A DNA stretch of 64,000 nt, from assembly GCF_006345805.1 (NCBI RefSeq), contig NC_043006.1, positions 21,452,001 to 21,516,000 of the forward strand, written 5' to 3'. Below, piece by piece: positions 25,770 through 40,057 of this stretch. The translations under genes were made by a program, and so were the position numbers. This stretch comes from Octopus sinensis. Taxonomy: Eukaryota. The notes beneath the pieces are model-generated. The model was not told the origin of the DNA. It worked only from the letters and a program-made list of their open reading frames with translations, and did not search any database. Position 1 is the first letter of the stretch. Each line of letters opens with the position of its first letter.

Positions 25770-26072
25770 GGGAGGCGCAATGGCCCAGTGGTTAGGGCAG
25801 CGGACTCGCGGTCGTAGGATCGCGGTTTCGATTCCCAGACCGGGCGTTGTGAGTGTTTATTGAGCGAAAACATCTAAAGCTCCATGAGGCTCCGGCAGTG
25901 GGGTGGTGGCAATCCTTGCTGTACTCTTTCGCCACCAACTTTCTCTCACTCTTTCTTCTGTTGGCCTGCTCGCTTAGCCAGCGGGGTGGCGTCATTCGAA
26001 GAGTAAAACAATGCGGAGCGCATTGTGACCAGCGATGTGTAGCAACATCTGATAGCCTGGTCGGTCACGTGA
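25770..26072 (+). mobile_element. SINE family R, tail type B
   Basis: Full head; tail ends GGTCGGTCACGTGAT followed by (TA)n. Confidence 0.9.
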
Positions 26073-26291
26073 TCGAGTGATATATATATATATATAAGGA
26101 GAGAGAGAGAGAGATAAATAGATAGATAGATTGATAGATAGATAGATAGATGGATGGATTGATAGATATAGACATATCGATACAGATATATATATATATA
26201 TACATATATATATATGTGTGTGTATATATATATATATATGTAAATATATATATGTATATATATATATGTATGTAAGTATATGTTTATACAC

Positions 26292-26322
<31 letters not shown>

Positions 26323-26362
26323 CATGTATGGATATATATGTATATATATCTATTTATCTATC

Positions 26363-26398
<36 letters not shown>

Positions 26399-26690
26399 CA
26401 AAAATACATACATTCACATATATACATACATGAATAGATAGATAGGGATAGAGGGAAATATTCTCATATATGCATATCTGTGTGCGCGTGTGTGCGTATT
26501 TGTGTGTGTATGCGTGTGCTCGTTATGACACTTTAAAGATGCAGTTCAAACGAAAGCCGAATACAGACGCTGGTTAAAATGGATATGTCTATAAGTAGCA
26601 AAAGCGACACACACACACACATACACACACATATACATATGGATACGCAAAAAATTGTGTACTTTTATGTACATAAATATTTCTTCATGA

Positions 26691-27088
26691 GTGGAGGCGC
26701 AATGGCCCAGTGGCCCAGTGGTTAGGGCAGCGGGCTCGCGGTCGTAGGATCGCGGTTTCGATTCCCAGACCGGGCGTTGTCAGTGTTTATTGAGCGAAAA
26801 CACCTAAAGCTCCACGAGGCTTCGGCAGGGGATGGTGGTGATCCCTGCTGTACTCTTTCACCACAACTTTCTCTCACTCTTACTTTCTGTTTCTGTTGTA
26901 CCTGTATTTCAAGGGGCCGGCCTTGTCACTCTCTGTGTCACGCTGAATATCCCCGAGAACTACGTTAAGGGTACACGTGTCTGTGGAGTGCTCAGCCACT
27001 TACACGTTAATTTCACGAGCAGGCTGTTCCGTTGATTCGGATGAACCGGAACCCTCGTCGTCGGAACCGACGGAGTGCTTCCATTCCA
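26691..27088 (+). mobile_element. SINE family R, tail type A, (TTCCA)2 tail and 10-bp TSD
   Basis: TSD TTCTTCATGA at 26681-26690 and 27089-27098. Confidence 0.9.
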
Positions 27089-27370
27089 TTCTTCATGAAA
27101 ACAGTTATGTTTCAACCAGAATTATGATATAGTTGCATATCGCATAGATTATGTTACGTCCATCACTTGGCTGCCATAAGGAAGTTGTTCAAAAGTTACT
27201 TAGCTTCATACACTTTCGCAGCTAACATTTACCTTTGATTTTGTAGCCTGCAGAGAGAGGTGGCTTAACTATGCATATTCCTGACGTATTTGAAGGATGC
27301 AACAAATATCCTTACTATTATTTATGTTCACACACACACACAGACGCACACACACACACACACACAGACG

Positions 27371-27402
<32 letters not shown>

Positions 27403-28089
27403 GAATAAAACTTTATATAAAGAACGTGAAATTCACGAATTGACAAACACGGAAAAACGGACAGTAATTCAGAGCCTTCATTCTTCAGTCAGAAACCGAT
27501 TCATCATGGCAAATTTCACCTGTTTAATTCTGAGATTTGCTCCGAAAGGGCCAGCCCCAAGGAAAAGCTAAGCTATGGGCATTAGATTTGCTTGGTAGAA
27601 GGAAAGAATGTGACAACAGAGACGAACAGGAAAACAAGAGGCGAAGATAAAATTTACAGTAACGAATAAAAACAGGAATGATACGGGGGCGTCATACGAC
27701 TTTGAGACAAAATGAGACAAAACAATATACAATCATATAAAGATATATATGTACATATATAAATACATATGTACATATGTATATATATATATACATATAT
27801 ATATATATACGTATATATATACGTATATATATGCGCAAAGACACTCATTCACGCTCACACGCACACGCGCACACACACACACACATGTATATATATATAT
27901 ATGTATATATATAGTGGGGGGGGAGAATTCACGAAAAAACAAATGACGAAGACAGGTTGGTGTAGAAAACAAACAGATGTATTAGTATAACGCTCGGGAA
28001 TTGAAAAAGTCTGTAACGTTTCGAGCCTACATATATACATATATATATATATATATATATGATATATATATATATTATATATATATATA

Positions 28090-28154
<65 letters not shown>

Positions 28155-28205
28155 GAATTATATATATATACATATATACATACATACATACATACATATG
28201 CGTGG

Positions 28206-28274
<69 letters not shown>

Positions 28275-28353
28275 CTCTATATATACATTATATATATATA
28301 CATATAAACATATATATATACATATATATATATATATGTATATGTATATGTAT

Positions 28354-28385
<32 letters not shown>

Positions 28386-28802
28386 GCGTCTACACATTTA
28401 TAGATATAGGTGAGGGTTCATAAGTGTCTACATCTGTTTTTACGTTTAAAACCTGTCAAATTGCCATTTCAGTAAATAGGCGACGATAAAGTGACTATCG
28501 CGTTTAATAATATACTGAGATGGACGTAATAGGGAAGCCGGTGACCTACAATGGTCGCAGTCCAATGATTGAAGCCAGTAAAGGAATAAATGAGTGTACG
28601 TATATATGTGTATCTCTCTCTGTTTCTCTCTCTCTCTTCTCTCTTTCAGTTATATATATATATATATATATATTATATATTATATATATATATATATATA
28701 TTAATGAAAGAATGGAGTCGAACAACGATTTTAACTGTGGACATCATGTGGGCAGTCATCTAAAAGTTTTTGTTCGTCATGATGCTGACATGGGTTCCTT
28801 GT

Positions 28803-28885
28803 CTTTCCTGATGAGAAGGCGGCATAATGCACCCTTTATTCCTTCGGAATTAAGAATTTGCAGCCTTCGAAACATGTGTCGAGAG
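28803..28885 (+). ncRNA. Predicted type I hammerhead ribozyme within a (TA)n-embedded element (about 28703-29085)
   Basis: Stem I CTTTC/GAGAG, core CTGATGA (28808-28814), stem II GAAGGC/GCCTTC, GAAA (28869-28872), short stem III C-ATGT-G, GTC cleavage triplet ending at 28880. Confidence 0.75.
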
Positions 28886-29094
28886 TAAAGGAATTTTGTT
28901 AAAATATTCGTTCGACTCCATTCTTTCATTTATTCATAGTTAAAAAAAACACACAAATTTCCACACGAGAACACGGGATTTCTGCCTTTGGTATGTAGCT
29001 TCAACCGTGTTTTTCTGACGTGAATTTGCTACCCAGGTATCGGTTAACCGAATTATCCATACTAGGATAATTCATTCACCTTCTTATATATATG

Positions 29095-29180
<86 letters not shown>

Positions 29181-30136
29181 TATAGATATATATATATATA
29201 TTATATATATATATATTATATATATATATATATATAGACTTGTCTATGTGCAGATGTTTTGTGTATTACGTGTATTAAGCCGTTTTAAAGCATAGTATTA
29301 AAGCCTAATATTTCAAATAAAATCCAAACGTCATAACAAACAATTTGTACTGGTGACAGAGGCCATTCACTTTAATGAACGACAGTTCTTGGCTCATGGA
29401 ACTGCTGTACATCAGTATTAATTTACAAGTTTGCATCGATGTTTCCCATCAAAACAGCCTCAGAATATTATCGAAGATTAGCAAGTACGATCATATTACT
29501 AACGAGGAATTTTCGCTTGGAGATGAACAGTATTATTGTCATTCTATGCGAACAGCTAACAGAGTTTACTAACAAATTGCCAACGGGGGACCTTCAATGT
29601 GGTTACCTTCACCTGCTAGACATTACAGCTAATTCCCCTCAAATTATACTCTATTAACTTTTCTAAAGTGCTGATCTCATTAGGTGGTGTAATGATAGCT
29701 ACTCATTAATTGAGTTAAGGATAGAATGGCCATGGCTGAAGCGCTTTCGATCGTAGTTCTGCTTTGTCAAAACAAAACAACAACCATAACAGGAGCCTTA
29801 GTTTTCCATTGTAAGGTTTGCACCTGCAATCATTAGTCTGTAAACAACATTTGCTCAATCGTGCATCATCTTCAGCAGTTTTATTGATACTTGAGGTGAC
29901 TGTTTGAATCTATTTCTGATATCGTAGAATTGTACAATACCTGTTTTTACATTCCTTTATACATCAAATTCAAATGGCACAAACCTTTTTCCTAACCTCG
30001 ACCAAATGATACAGATTTTGGGGCTTTTGTGGGGAGCATATAAGTACGTGTGCCTATATGCATACATCAATTTACAGGTATGTATATGAGCCCGTATTCT
30101 TTTCTACTATAGCTGCATCAGATGTATGCGCGTGTG

Positions 30137-31305
30137 CGAGGGTCAGCTGAAAAGATCCTAGGCTGACCGAAATTCTATCATAGAATGTATCTAAATAGGT
30201 TTCATTTTTCACCATAATCCCTCTTGCGATCCACATTCCTCTTCCATCGGAGTTGCGGCACTTGGATCCCATTGGTGAACAGTCGTACACCAATAGAGAC
30301 TTTCGGTGAAATGAAAGACGTTTATGGTGACGATGCACCATCATACGACGTAGTCAAGAACTGGCATCGTCAGTTCAAATATGGTCAGACATCGGTGGAA
30401 ACTCCTATTCTTGGACGACCACATTCCGCCATTCATGACGACACTATTCATGAAGCCGACATTTTGGAGGATCGCCACATAATTATTCGGCAACTAGCCC
30501 AAGAAATGAAGATAAGTGTAGGGTCCGTGGAAAAAAATATTCCCGATCATTTGCATATGCAGAAGTTGTCTGCACGATGGGCTTCCCTGATGTTCACAAA
30601 TTTTCAGAAGCAGGAACGTATTAATTGCTCCCAGACACTTTTGGCAATGTACCAAGAAAACGAGGAGGAATTTTCGGCAAATTTATCACACAGGATGAAA
30701 CGCAGGATGAAACATGGGTTCATCACTGTCGAAGCAATGGAAGCATAACTCACCACCTCCAAAGAAGGCACGTGTCCGACCTTCAGCAGGCAAGGTGATG
30801 CTCACATTCTTTTGGGACCAGCGCGGAGTAGTGATGGTGGATTTTCTGGCAAAGGGCACCACTATTAACGGGGTATATGCTTTTCTGCTGTAGAAATTGC
30901 GGGACGCCATCAAAGCAGATGCGTGGCATATTGACCAAAGGAGTCCGCCTCCTCCAAAACAACGCCCCAGTTCACAATGTGTATGTTGCCAAGAGGAAAG
31001 CACATTCCTGCGGCTATGAACTCCTTCCTCATCCCCTTTACTCTTCCGACCTCGCACGAAGACATTCACCTCTTTCCAACAATGAAGTCCTTTTTGAAGG
31101 GGAAGCACTTTTCAGATGATAAACCTATTTCCTAGATAAAGTTTTGACTCCAGATGCGACCTGCCGACTTCTTCAGACGAGGTCTTGACAGCTGCGAAAA
31201 GCGATGGAAGAGGTGAGTGTCCCTATTGGTGGTGCTTATGTCAAGTTTCGCTTATCCCAGTCCTTGGGAAGTTGTCAAGGGACATTTCTAGTGAATACTC
31301 CCTCG
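30137..31305 (+). mobile_element. Near full-length decayed mariner transposon
   Basis: CGAGGG...CCCTCG|TA termini; VYGDDAPSYDVVKNWHRQFK, GRP, KLSARW, QDETWVHH, SAGKVMLTFFWD, LLQNNAPVH, PHPLYSSDLA; frameshifts present. Confidence 0.92.
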
Positions 31306-31386
31306 TATATATATTATATATATATATATATGTATATGTATGTATATATGTATATATATGTATATATATATATATGTATGTATATA

Positions 31387-31483
<97 letters not shown>

Positions 31484-31490
31484 GTATGTA

Positions 31491-31585
<95 letters not shown>

Positions 31586-32627
31586 GGGCGTTTGTCTGGG
31601 TGTTTGTATACATAGATTTATAAATGTAAATGTAGCCAAGATTTTTGCAGGATATGACTGCATGAAAGCACATGTATGATCGTGTGTATGGATGCCTATA
31701 TACATGCATCTACGCATATAGGGGTATTATGACGCTATGCTCTTTACTGCGACGTCTATATGTATGCGTGTATGCGTGTATGCGTACATATGGTCGCAGA
31801 GTATGTTTGCATGCTCTGTTATTCACTGTTTATAGACTCCATAGTGCTTTGTTCTACAACTTTATCTAAGAGAATTGTATTTGTTGCTATATATGTATGC
31901 GTGTTTGGATGCTCGCGTGTAATGCGTGTTTGTATGGAACAATAGTTATTTTCAGACGGTTCTTCATTATCTCCTCTTCGTTCTGTTCCACTTATTGTTT
32001 CCGCTCTCTCATTCCTCTCGAGACCCTCACATTTTCTTTTTGCCTTGTTTGACACATTGCTTTTCTCCTAACACGCTTCTCCGAAATATTACCTTCCTCG
32101 CATACCGTTCACCTCACACATCTAATTTTTTACTCTTTCTCTTTCTCTTACACACACACACGCATACACACACACACATACACACACACACACACACACA
32201 CTGCTATGCTTCTCGACCTTCCTACTTTTACCGCTTCATTCCTCTCATTTTAATTCCTTTCCATTTACTTATTGAATTGACTTGTTCTCTGTTAATGAGT
32301 GATGGCCAACTGGCGATTACTGTGCACATTAGCAATACAAATCTGAAAATAACGAAATGTGCAATAAATCTAAAATGAAATAATCGATGAATTACTTATA
32401 TAGATGTCCCCCTGCATTCTCCATCAGATAATTACGTTTGGTTCTGTTATTAAGGTGGAGCATAATCTGTTGTTACTACTAAATTATATATATATATATA
32501 TATAAAAAATATTAAATTACACCATCTTGAAAATTACATATAATAGAAAAGTTAAAATTAAAATAACAATTAAAAAGCAAAGATTAAGTAAGTTACAAAA
32601 ATAATATAATGTATATAATAGGTAGAA

Positions 32628-32716
32628 AAATGACACGTGTTTCGCTGCTGTATTTAAGAAATGCTTATAGTAGTAGAGAAATCACTTGCATATAAATATA
32701 GTCGCTCATCAGGTTA
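32628..32716 (-). ncRNA. Degenerate hammerhead-like motif in a (TA)n-embedded element
   Basis: Minus strand reads AAC CTGATGA GC...GC GAAA CACGTG TC ATT; core intact, stems I and II weak. Confidence 0.5.
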
Positions 32717-32754
32717 AAATTATAATAGAACAATTAATTAATAAATATACTTTA

Positions 32755-32833
<79 letters not shown>

Positions 32834-32993
32834 TTTCTAGATGGTGTAATTTAATTATTCATTTTGAATTGATTTAAGCTGGGTTTTTTCTAATATTTTA
32901 TATATATATTATATTGTGTGGAATTTGATTTAGTATTCTAAATAGAATTCTTTTTCTTTGTAAGTTTGGATTTTATTCCCTCAAATAATAATA

Positions 32994-33097
<104 letters not shown>

Positions 33098-33549
33098 TAT
33101 ATATAAACTAGCAGATATACCCAGCTTGAGTTAAGTAGAATAACGAAATTTAAAAACGCCGTCTAGATTACACAGGTCTCAACCGTCTAGATTACACAGA
33201 GGTTTCAAATCATATATGTGTATAAAGTAAATACACACAATTCAGAAACACGCTTTGTGTAGCTTATTTCGTAAACAAAAAACAAGTACAGATTATAAAC
33301 AACGAAAGGCCGATTTTGGTGATTCATTTGACAGATGTAGTAGAGATCCAACCTGATGATAAATCTGACCTTGGATCTTGAAAGTTTGCATGAATCTTGG
33401 CTCAGTTAAATCTCTTGTAACTCTAAATGATGTCTGTAGTGCAGCGTTGTATTGTCTAATTTTGTTTTGGAAGTGATTGCAATCTTGATCAGTTGATGAC
33501 TACAGTTTCTTCAATGGCTCTGGAGGCATATGTTCCCAGAGAGCTAACC

Positions 33550-35820
33550 TTAACAAAAAAAGAAATGAGGAAAAGCAGCAGCAAAGTACAAAGAAAAGAG
33601 AATTGGGGCAAGGATGTCAACCTGTTTGATACCATTCTCTACAGGAATGGGTCCCAACATGTCATCACCAACATTGTCCCAAGCCTTCATCCCATCACGA
33701 AAGGATTTAACTTTAGATACAAAGCATAGATACAAAGTTTGCCAAGTATTTTCCATAGCAAGGCCTTATTCACAGTATCAAAGGCCTTCGTTATATCAAT
33801 GATTACCTGGACAAGATCCATATTCTGCTCAGAGTACTTCTCCCGCATCTGTCTTGCTGTTAAAATCATATCCATTGTCCATCTACCAGATCGAAAGCCA
33901 CATTCAGATTCAGATAGAACATCATTTACGAGACACCCATTCAGGCGGGTGAGAAGAATATTTGCCAGCACCTTGCCAGCAGCTGATAGTAGAGCAATAC
34001 TTCTGTAGTTACCAAACATTGTTCTGGCTCCTTTTCCTTTATAGAGAGGAAGAATAATTGCATCCTTCCAATCCTTATGCATTGCACCATCCCTCCAGAC
34101 TACACTAATAAGTTCATGAAGGGATTGTATGATGTAATTATCACCAAATCGCAAAACCTCAGCGCAATTTCCATCCTTCCTTCCAGGTGCCCTACCAAGA
34201 TTCAATTTACTTATCGATGTCATTACTTTATCTGTTGAGGGCGTGGAATTTAAGAAACCAATGATAGGCCTTTGTTGCATAGTATCAATCACTGTTTCAT
34301 CCACAACTGACTCATGGTTTAGGAGTTCAGAGTAGTGTTCGATCCAGCTACCTGTGATTTCTGCTGATTTAGTAAATAAAGTAGAAGACTCCTTGGAAAG
34401 CAAAGGAGCTGATGCGGAACTCTTAGGTCCATAAGCTCGCTTCATAAGATGGTAAAGCTTCTTGCTATCATTTCCATCAGTAGCTGCCTGAACATCACGA
34501 GCAAGATCCTCCTACCAAGTGTTCTGCATCTTCCTGAGAGATCGTTGCTGTAGTGATTTTACACTGCTCTAGTGGGCAAGTGCTAGGTTTCGCTGCACAG
34601 ATGAAAGTCCTCTGTGCAGCAATACATTGTAGGCAGGTGCTTTACAGCCAATAGTCGCTGGACTTCAGCTTTTATTTCCATCAAACCAGTCTCTCTGTCT
34701 GACAGTAGCGTATCCCAGCAGTGTTTCAGCAGCACATTGAAGAACCTCGTCTTGAAAATATTCCAATGCTGTAGTATTTTCGATGCTGGACATGCGAGTT
34801 TCAAACTCTTTCCTCAACACACCATAATATACTTTGTGGAAATTCAAACACCGAGAAATGCAGACTGGCCTTCTTCTCTCTTTCCCCACAATCATCATCC
34901 GGAACTTTGCTCGCACGAGACTGTGGTCTCTCCAGCATTCCGATCCATGAAAGGACTTGACATTACAAATGTCATAGATGTCACGCTTGCGGGTGCTGAC
35001 ATAATCCAGCAAGTGCCAAACTTTAGACTTTGGATGCGTTCACGTTGTTCTGGGATCACCTTTGTGCATAAAATGAGTGCTTGCGATGTAAAGTCCATGT
35101 TCAGTGCAAAGCTCCAGCAGGATGACATATTGAAATCTCCCGGTAGAATGTCTTTATCAGAATTGGGGATTTTCCTAAATATGGCTCTCAGCTGGGTATA
35201 AAATATAGTGTTATCTTCATCATAACTAGTCAAAGTAGGTGCACAAGCACTTATTAGAGTAGCAAACCGCCCACCTTTCAGGTGCAATCGTAGAGTTATT
35301 AGACGTTCATTTATAGGAACCGGAAGCTCCTGCAACTTCTCAAGGATTTCAGATCGAACTGCAAAGCCAACACCAACCTCTCTGCGCTCCTCCTTCTTCC
35401 TCCTCTTCCAAAAAAACGGGTATCCACTTCCTACTTCCTCAAACTGACAACCACCTTTGTACGAGTCACTGAAAGTGCGGCTATATCAATGTTATAGCGA
35501 TTCAGCTCGCGAGCAACAAGTGCAGTGCGTCTTTCAGGCCTACAATCTTTTGTTATCCAACAGAGTGCGCACATTCCAACATGAAATGTTCAAGTTCCAT
35601 CCAGGGTGGACATCATTCGGTCACGTAAAACTGATCAGATATAGGTAATTTTTGCTTCACCTTTTCTAGAACCTTCCCGGCCTCCGGGTGAGCATTGCCC
35701 TTCCAAATGGAACTGCTCAGATATCCATGCAGCAACAGAATTCAACCGCTGTCTTGGGCGACAAGGAAACGACTTTATAATTAGCATGAGCCGCCAATGT
35801 GCAGGACACTGACTACATGC
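33550..35820 (-). mobile_element. RTE-clade LINE (AP endonuclease + N-terminal RT), decayed
   Basis: ISCWNVRTLLD, GVGFAVR, INERLITLRL, ISACAPT, GDFN, LDYV..DHSLV (APE); RAPGRKDG, NYRSIALLSAAGK, ECGFRSGR, DITKAFDTV, GIKQVDILAP (RT). Confidence 0.92.
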
Positions 35821-36320
35821 TTCCAACCCGGCAGGTCTGCATACTTCACCACCTTCCTATCGCCGTGTGTGTGTCTGTTTGTATATGTGTGTGCGCTCGT
35901 GCTTGTGTAAAATCATTGGTAAAATCAAATTACTGCGATCTTATGTATGTGCTTTGTTTAAAAACACAATATATAAGGCGGGATACGAAAATCGTCCCAG
36001 AAACTGCAGATAACACAAGATGTATTTCTGCGTCCTTGAGTGTTGTCAATAACCACACCCAGCTATATGCTTAAGCGGAATTTGTCGCAACTGATATATA
36101 GGTAAACAGTAAATAAAACGTTTACTGGTGTTGCGAACAACACATATTCACACACACACACATTTACACAGTCATATGCCCCACGGGCTTTGATATATAA
36201 TATATATGTATATATATATATATATAGTATATATATATACTATATAATATATATATATATATATATAACATATATGTATATATACATACATGTACATACC
36301 TACATATATATGTATATATA

Positions 36321-36516
36321 GCGTGTGTACCGTTGGCGATTTTTTTCCTCTGTCTTCCCTTCTCTGGATCTTTCCTTCTCCTATGTTTCCGACGAAGAGC
36401 TCCGCTCGAAGCGTTAAACCCTCCTTCTTTCCTTCTTTCCTGAGCGTCCAATAATACTATATTTGTTCCACGTCCTCGCGTTGTTGTGTTTTTTGTGCTT
36501 TCATGTTTGGATTAAC
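36321..36516 (+). mobile_element. (TA)n-embedded element family A copy
   Basis: Same ~190-bp sequence; hammerhead-like motif at 36385-36419 with GAAA mutated to GAAG. Confidence 0.7.
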
Positions 36517-36526
36517 TTTATATACA

Positions 36527-37220
36527 TGCATATATGGGTACAGGACATCAAAAAACGTTGAACACAATGAGAAACGGAAACATAAAAACAAAAACATAGA
36601 AACGAACGTTTTTCGATCAACGAAAAAAACAAACATAGAAACGAGACATACAACATAAAGAATATTCCTCTTCTTCAGTTGTCCCTGTGTCATCTACTCC
36701 ACGCGACGAAGGCAAGGACAAGGCGCGACTTATTTGAAACAGTCCTTCCCGCAAAGCAAAATAAATAAATTTGGATTTTTTGCGGAGAGGGAGAGTGGTA
36801 ACAAGAACAGGGCAGTGAGAACAAAACAGTAAAAAGAACAGGACAGTGAAAACAAAACAGTAAAACGAAACGGTGAAGGCCGTTAAGCCGAGAAGTTAGA
36901 AGAATTCTGAACGCGAGGAAGACGAGCTTATGAAGGAGACAGTATAAGCAAGTTTTTTTCTTTTCGAAGATTGTGGGCAGAAAGACAGATTATCTTTCGT
37001 CACGTGTCAGCGGCGAGAGAGTCGAGGAGGAGGAGTGAGAGAGAAGGAAAGGTGATGAGGAGAGGAGAAGAATAGGGAAGGGTGGGAGAGAAAACCAGAA
37101 ATGATGCAGTGCAAGAGAGGCAGAGAGATAGATAGAGAAGAGATAGTAAAGGTAGAAGAGTGCGCATCGTAATCATTAAGATAAAACTTACTTGGAAAAG
37201 GATGCGTGGCGTTCGATTAT
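36527..37220 (-). mobile_element. Probable PLE-like remnant; its terminal ~50 bp recurs at 37708-37760
   Basis: ATATGGGTACAGGACATCAAAAAA(G)CGTTGAACACAATGAGAAACG occurs twice; minus-strand CTGAAGAAG near 36670. Classification tentative. Confidence 0.4.
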
Positions 37221-37303
37221 ATAATAATATAAATAAAATATGAATATATGCATATACATATATGTACACACCTACATACATATGTATATATACATGCATA
37301 TAT

Positions 37304-37704
37304 AGGCGCAAGAGTGGCTGTGTGGTAAGTAGCTTGCTTACCAACCACATGGTTCCGGGTTCAGTCCCACTGCGTGGCACCTTGGGCAAGTGTCTTCTAC
37401 TGTAGCCTCGGGCCGACCAAAGCCTTGTGAGTGGATTTGGTAGACGGAAACTGAAAGAAGCCCGTCGTATATATATATATATATGTGCGTGTGTGTTTGT
37501 GTGTCTGTGTTTGTCCCCCTATCATTGCTTGACAAACGATGCTGGCGTGTTTATGTCCCCGTAACTTAGCGGTTCGGCAAAAGAGACCGATATAATATGT
37601 ACTGGGCTTACAAAGAATAAGTCTTTGGGTCGAGTTGCTCGATTAGAGGTGGTGCTCCAGCATGGCCGCAGTCAAATGACTGAAACAAGTAAAAGAGTAA
37701 AAGA
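37304..37704 (+). mobile_element. SINE family C (CORE-like)
   Basis: Colinear with 24805-25220. Confidence 0.88.
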
Positions 37705-37761
37705 GCATATATGGGTACAGGACATCAAAAAAGCGTTGAACACAATGAGAAACGAAAACAT

Positions 37762-37809
<48 letters not shown>

Positions 37810-38789
37810 CATGCATATAAACGTATGTATATTTATTTATGTGTATGTGTGTGCTTTTACATACATACATACATTCATAAGTTAGAGAAGTACTTTCGGT
37901 TACTTACATTAAAAGAATGAAGATCTACTGGCAGGTGAAATATTCCAGGTACTCATATTTTTTTTGCCGAACAGTCACAACAGTAAACTACGTTCGATTG
38001 CGACAAAACAAAAAGATAATAATTTGCTGATCTTCCTAATATATATGACCGATAAAAACAAAGCAATTAAGTGAAAATAGACCAGTAGATACTTGTTTCG
38101 AGAAAACTACGATGAATATAAACGAGAAGGCAAACGTAAACAACAATAGCATTGATTAGAACCGGTACTGCTAAGTGGACACACGATAGCCACTAATGAA
38201 CCATTGGAATCGAGTAAAGCAAATAAACAATTCAGAACATATCTAAGGCTATATTCTAGCAAAACGTCACTATTAACACCGTCAAACGACTGAATGAACG
38301 AACAATCATAACTAACCAATCAATTAGTGACAGGCTGCCAAAAAGAATGAATCTTTTGTTTTCCTTTTTTGTCTATTTTTCAGACGATGACCCTAACCAG
38401 CCACCTTACAGAGTTTTAGTCGAACGAATCCACCTCAGTGCTGATTATTATCATGTTTAATTTTTAATTTATTTTTTTATTTTTTTGTAAAGATTGGTAC
38501 TTATTCTATTAGACTCTTTTGCCGAACAGATAAGTTACGCAGACGTAAATACTCTAAGACCGTTTGTTAAGCGGTGATGGGGGGACAAACCTATACAGAA
38601 AGATACACGCATATTTATACATACATAAATACATACATACATACATACATATACATATATATATATAAATATATGTATATATTTACATATATATATATAT
38701 ATTTATATATACATACATATATTTATATAAATATATTTGATTTATATATATATATATTCATTTATATATGTATATATATATTATATATA

Positions 38790-38831
<42 letters not shown>

Positions 38832-39029
38832 AAAATAGTAAAAAGTGAAAAAACTACAGAAGGCTTGTTTTAGAAGGTTAAAAAATATATATTGAGTCAT
38901 TATGTCTGAAGAATGTTATAAATTTTTTCATACAATGACATAGTTTTTGAAGAAAGACATAATGAGTCAATATATATTTTTTACCTTCTAAAACAAGCCT
39001 TTTGTAGTTTTTTCACTTTTTACTATTTT
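38832..39029. repeat. ~75-bp inverted repeat with ~50-nt loop inside (TA)n
   Basis: 38832-38906 pairs with 38956-39029 with few mismatches. Confidence 0.88.
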
Positions 39030-39190
39030 CTATAGAATATATATTTTCTATATATTCAACCACGTGCTTACATACCAAACTTTTCACCTATATATATATA
39101 TATATTATATTATATATATATATATAATATATATATATATATAGATATATATATACATAAGAAAAAATAGTAAAGTATGAAAAACTTTCT

Positions 39191-39339
<149 letters not shown>

Positions 39340-39366
39340 TATATATATATATATATACATATATAG

Positions 39367-39583
39367 GGAGAGTTTACGAAAAAACAAAAGACGAAGACAA
39401 AAAATCTTTTTTCTCTCATTTTTTTCTCCTTTTTTCTCTCCTTGTTTTTTCTGTGTCCCTTTCCGTAGAAGAGTGAAGGCTCGAAATGTAAAAGACTTTT
39501 TCGATTCCTGAGCGTTACACTAATACATCTGTTTGTTTTGTACACCACCTGTCTTCATCTTTTGTTTTTTTCATAAACTCTTC
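39367..39583 (+). mobile_element. (TA)n-embedded element with inverted ends and hammerhead-like motif; related minus copy at 27920-28030
   Basis: GAGTTTACGAAAAAACAAAAGACGAAGACA versus TGTCTTCATCTTTTGTTTTT..CATAAACTC; internal CTTT CCGTAGA A GAG..CTC GAAA TG TA AAAG (non-canonical core). Confidence 0.55.
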
Positions 39584-39584
39584 T

Positions 39585-39631
<47 letters not shown>

Positions 39632-39633
39632 TG

Positions 39634-39671
<38 letters not shown>

Positions 39672-40057
39672 ATGTGTGTGTGTGTGTGTGCTTCCGTTCG
39701 TCCATATGCATACACTAGTTTGTTAATGAGAAATCGTTGAATTGAATCTTATCAAAATGGAAGATAATTGAATATTTGCTGAAGTTAACGTAAAGAATGT
39801 TGAGCTTCAGTTGCCGCGTTTCAGTCGTCGTAGAGAAAGTTTCAGATATATCATTTGATGAAAAGAGAGACTTTAAGAATGGGGGAGAAATAACAACAGC
39901 AATGACTTGAGGAGAAAGTAATGAAGAGACTGCAAGTGAATTGAATCGTGTTTGATAAACATTTGTTTAGTGTAGGTATTGCAATCAAGAAAAGACACAT
40001 TTTGCCTCTTTATTTCTTAAATGTGATACATGACATTTTTGAATACATGCTATAAAT

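Noticed and set aside
25770-25845. tRNA-Arg gene
   Set aside because: The tRNA-like segment is always fused to the same SINE body in multiple copies, several with TSDs.
27460-27492. Hammerhead at minus-strand CTGAAGAATGAAGGCTCTGAATTAC
   Set aside because: GAAA is absent and stems are not supported.
31185-31717. YI/IY-rich ORFs here and throughout the window
   Set aside because: Artefacts of (TA)n, (TG)n and (TATG)n tracts.
33108-33130. Fourth Helitron end (CTAGCAGATATACCCAGC)
   Set aside because: Only a short match, with no complete hairpin or identifiable 5' end.
35640-35800. HDV-like ribozyme in the RTE leader
   Set aside because: A GGCGGC/GTCGCC pairing exists on the minus strand, but I could not build P1.1, P2 or the catalytic J4/2 strand.
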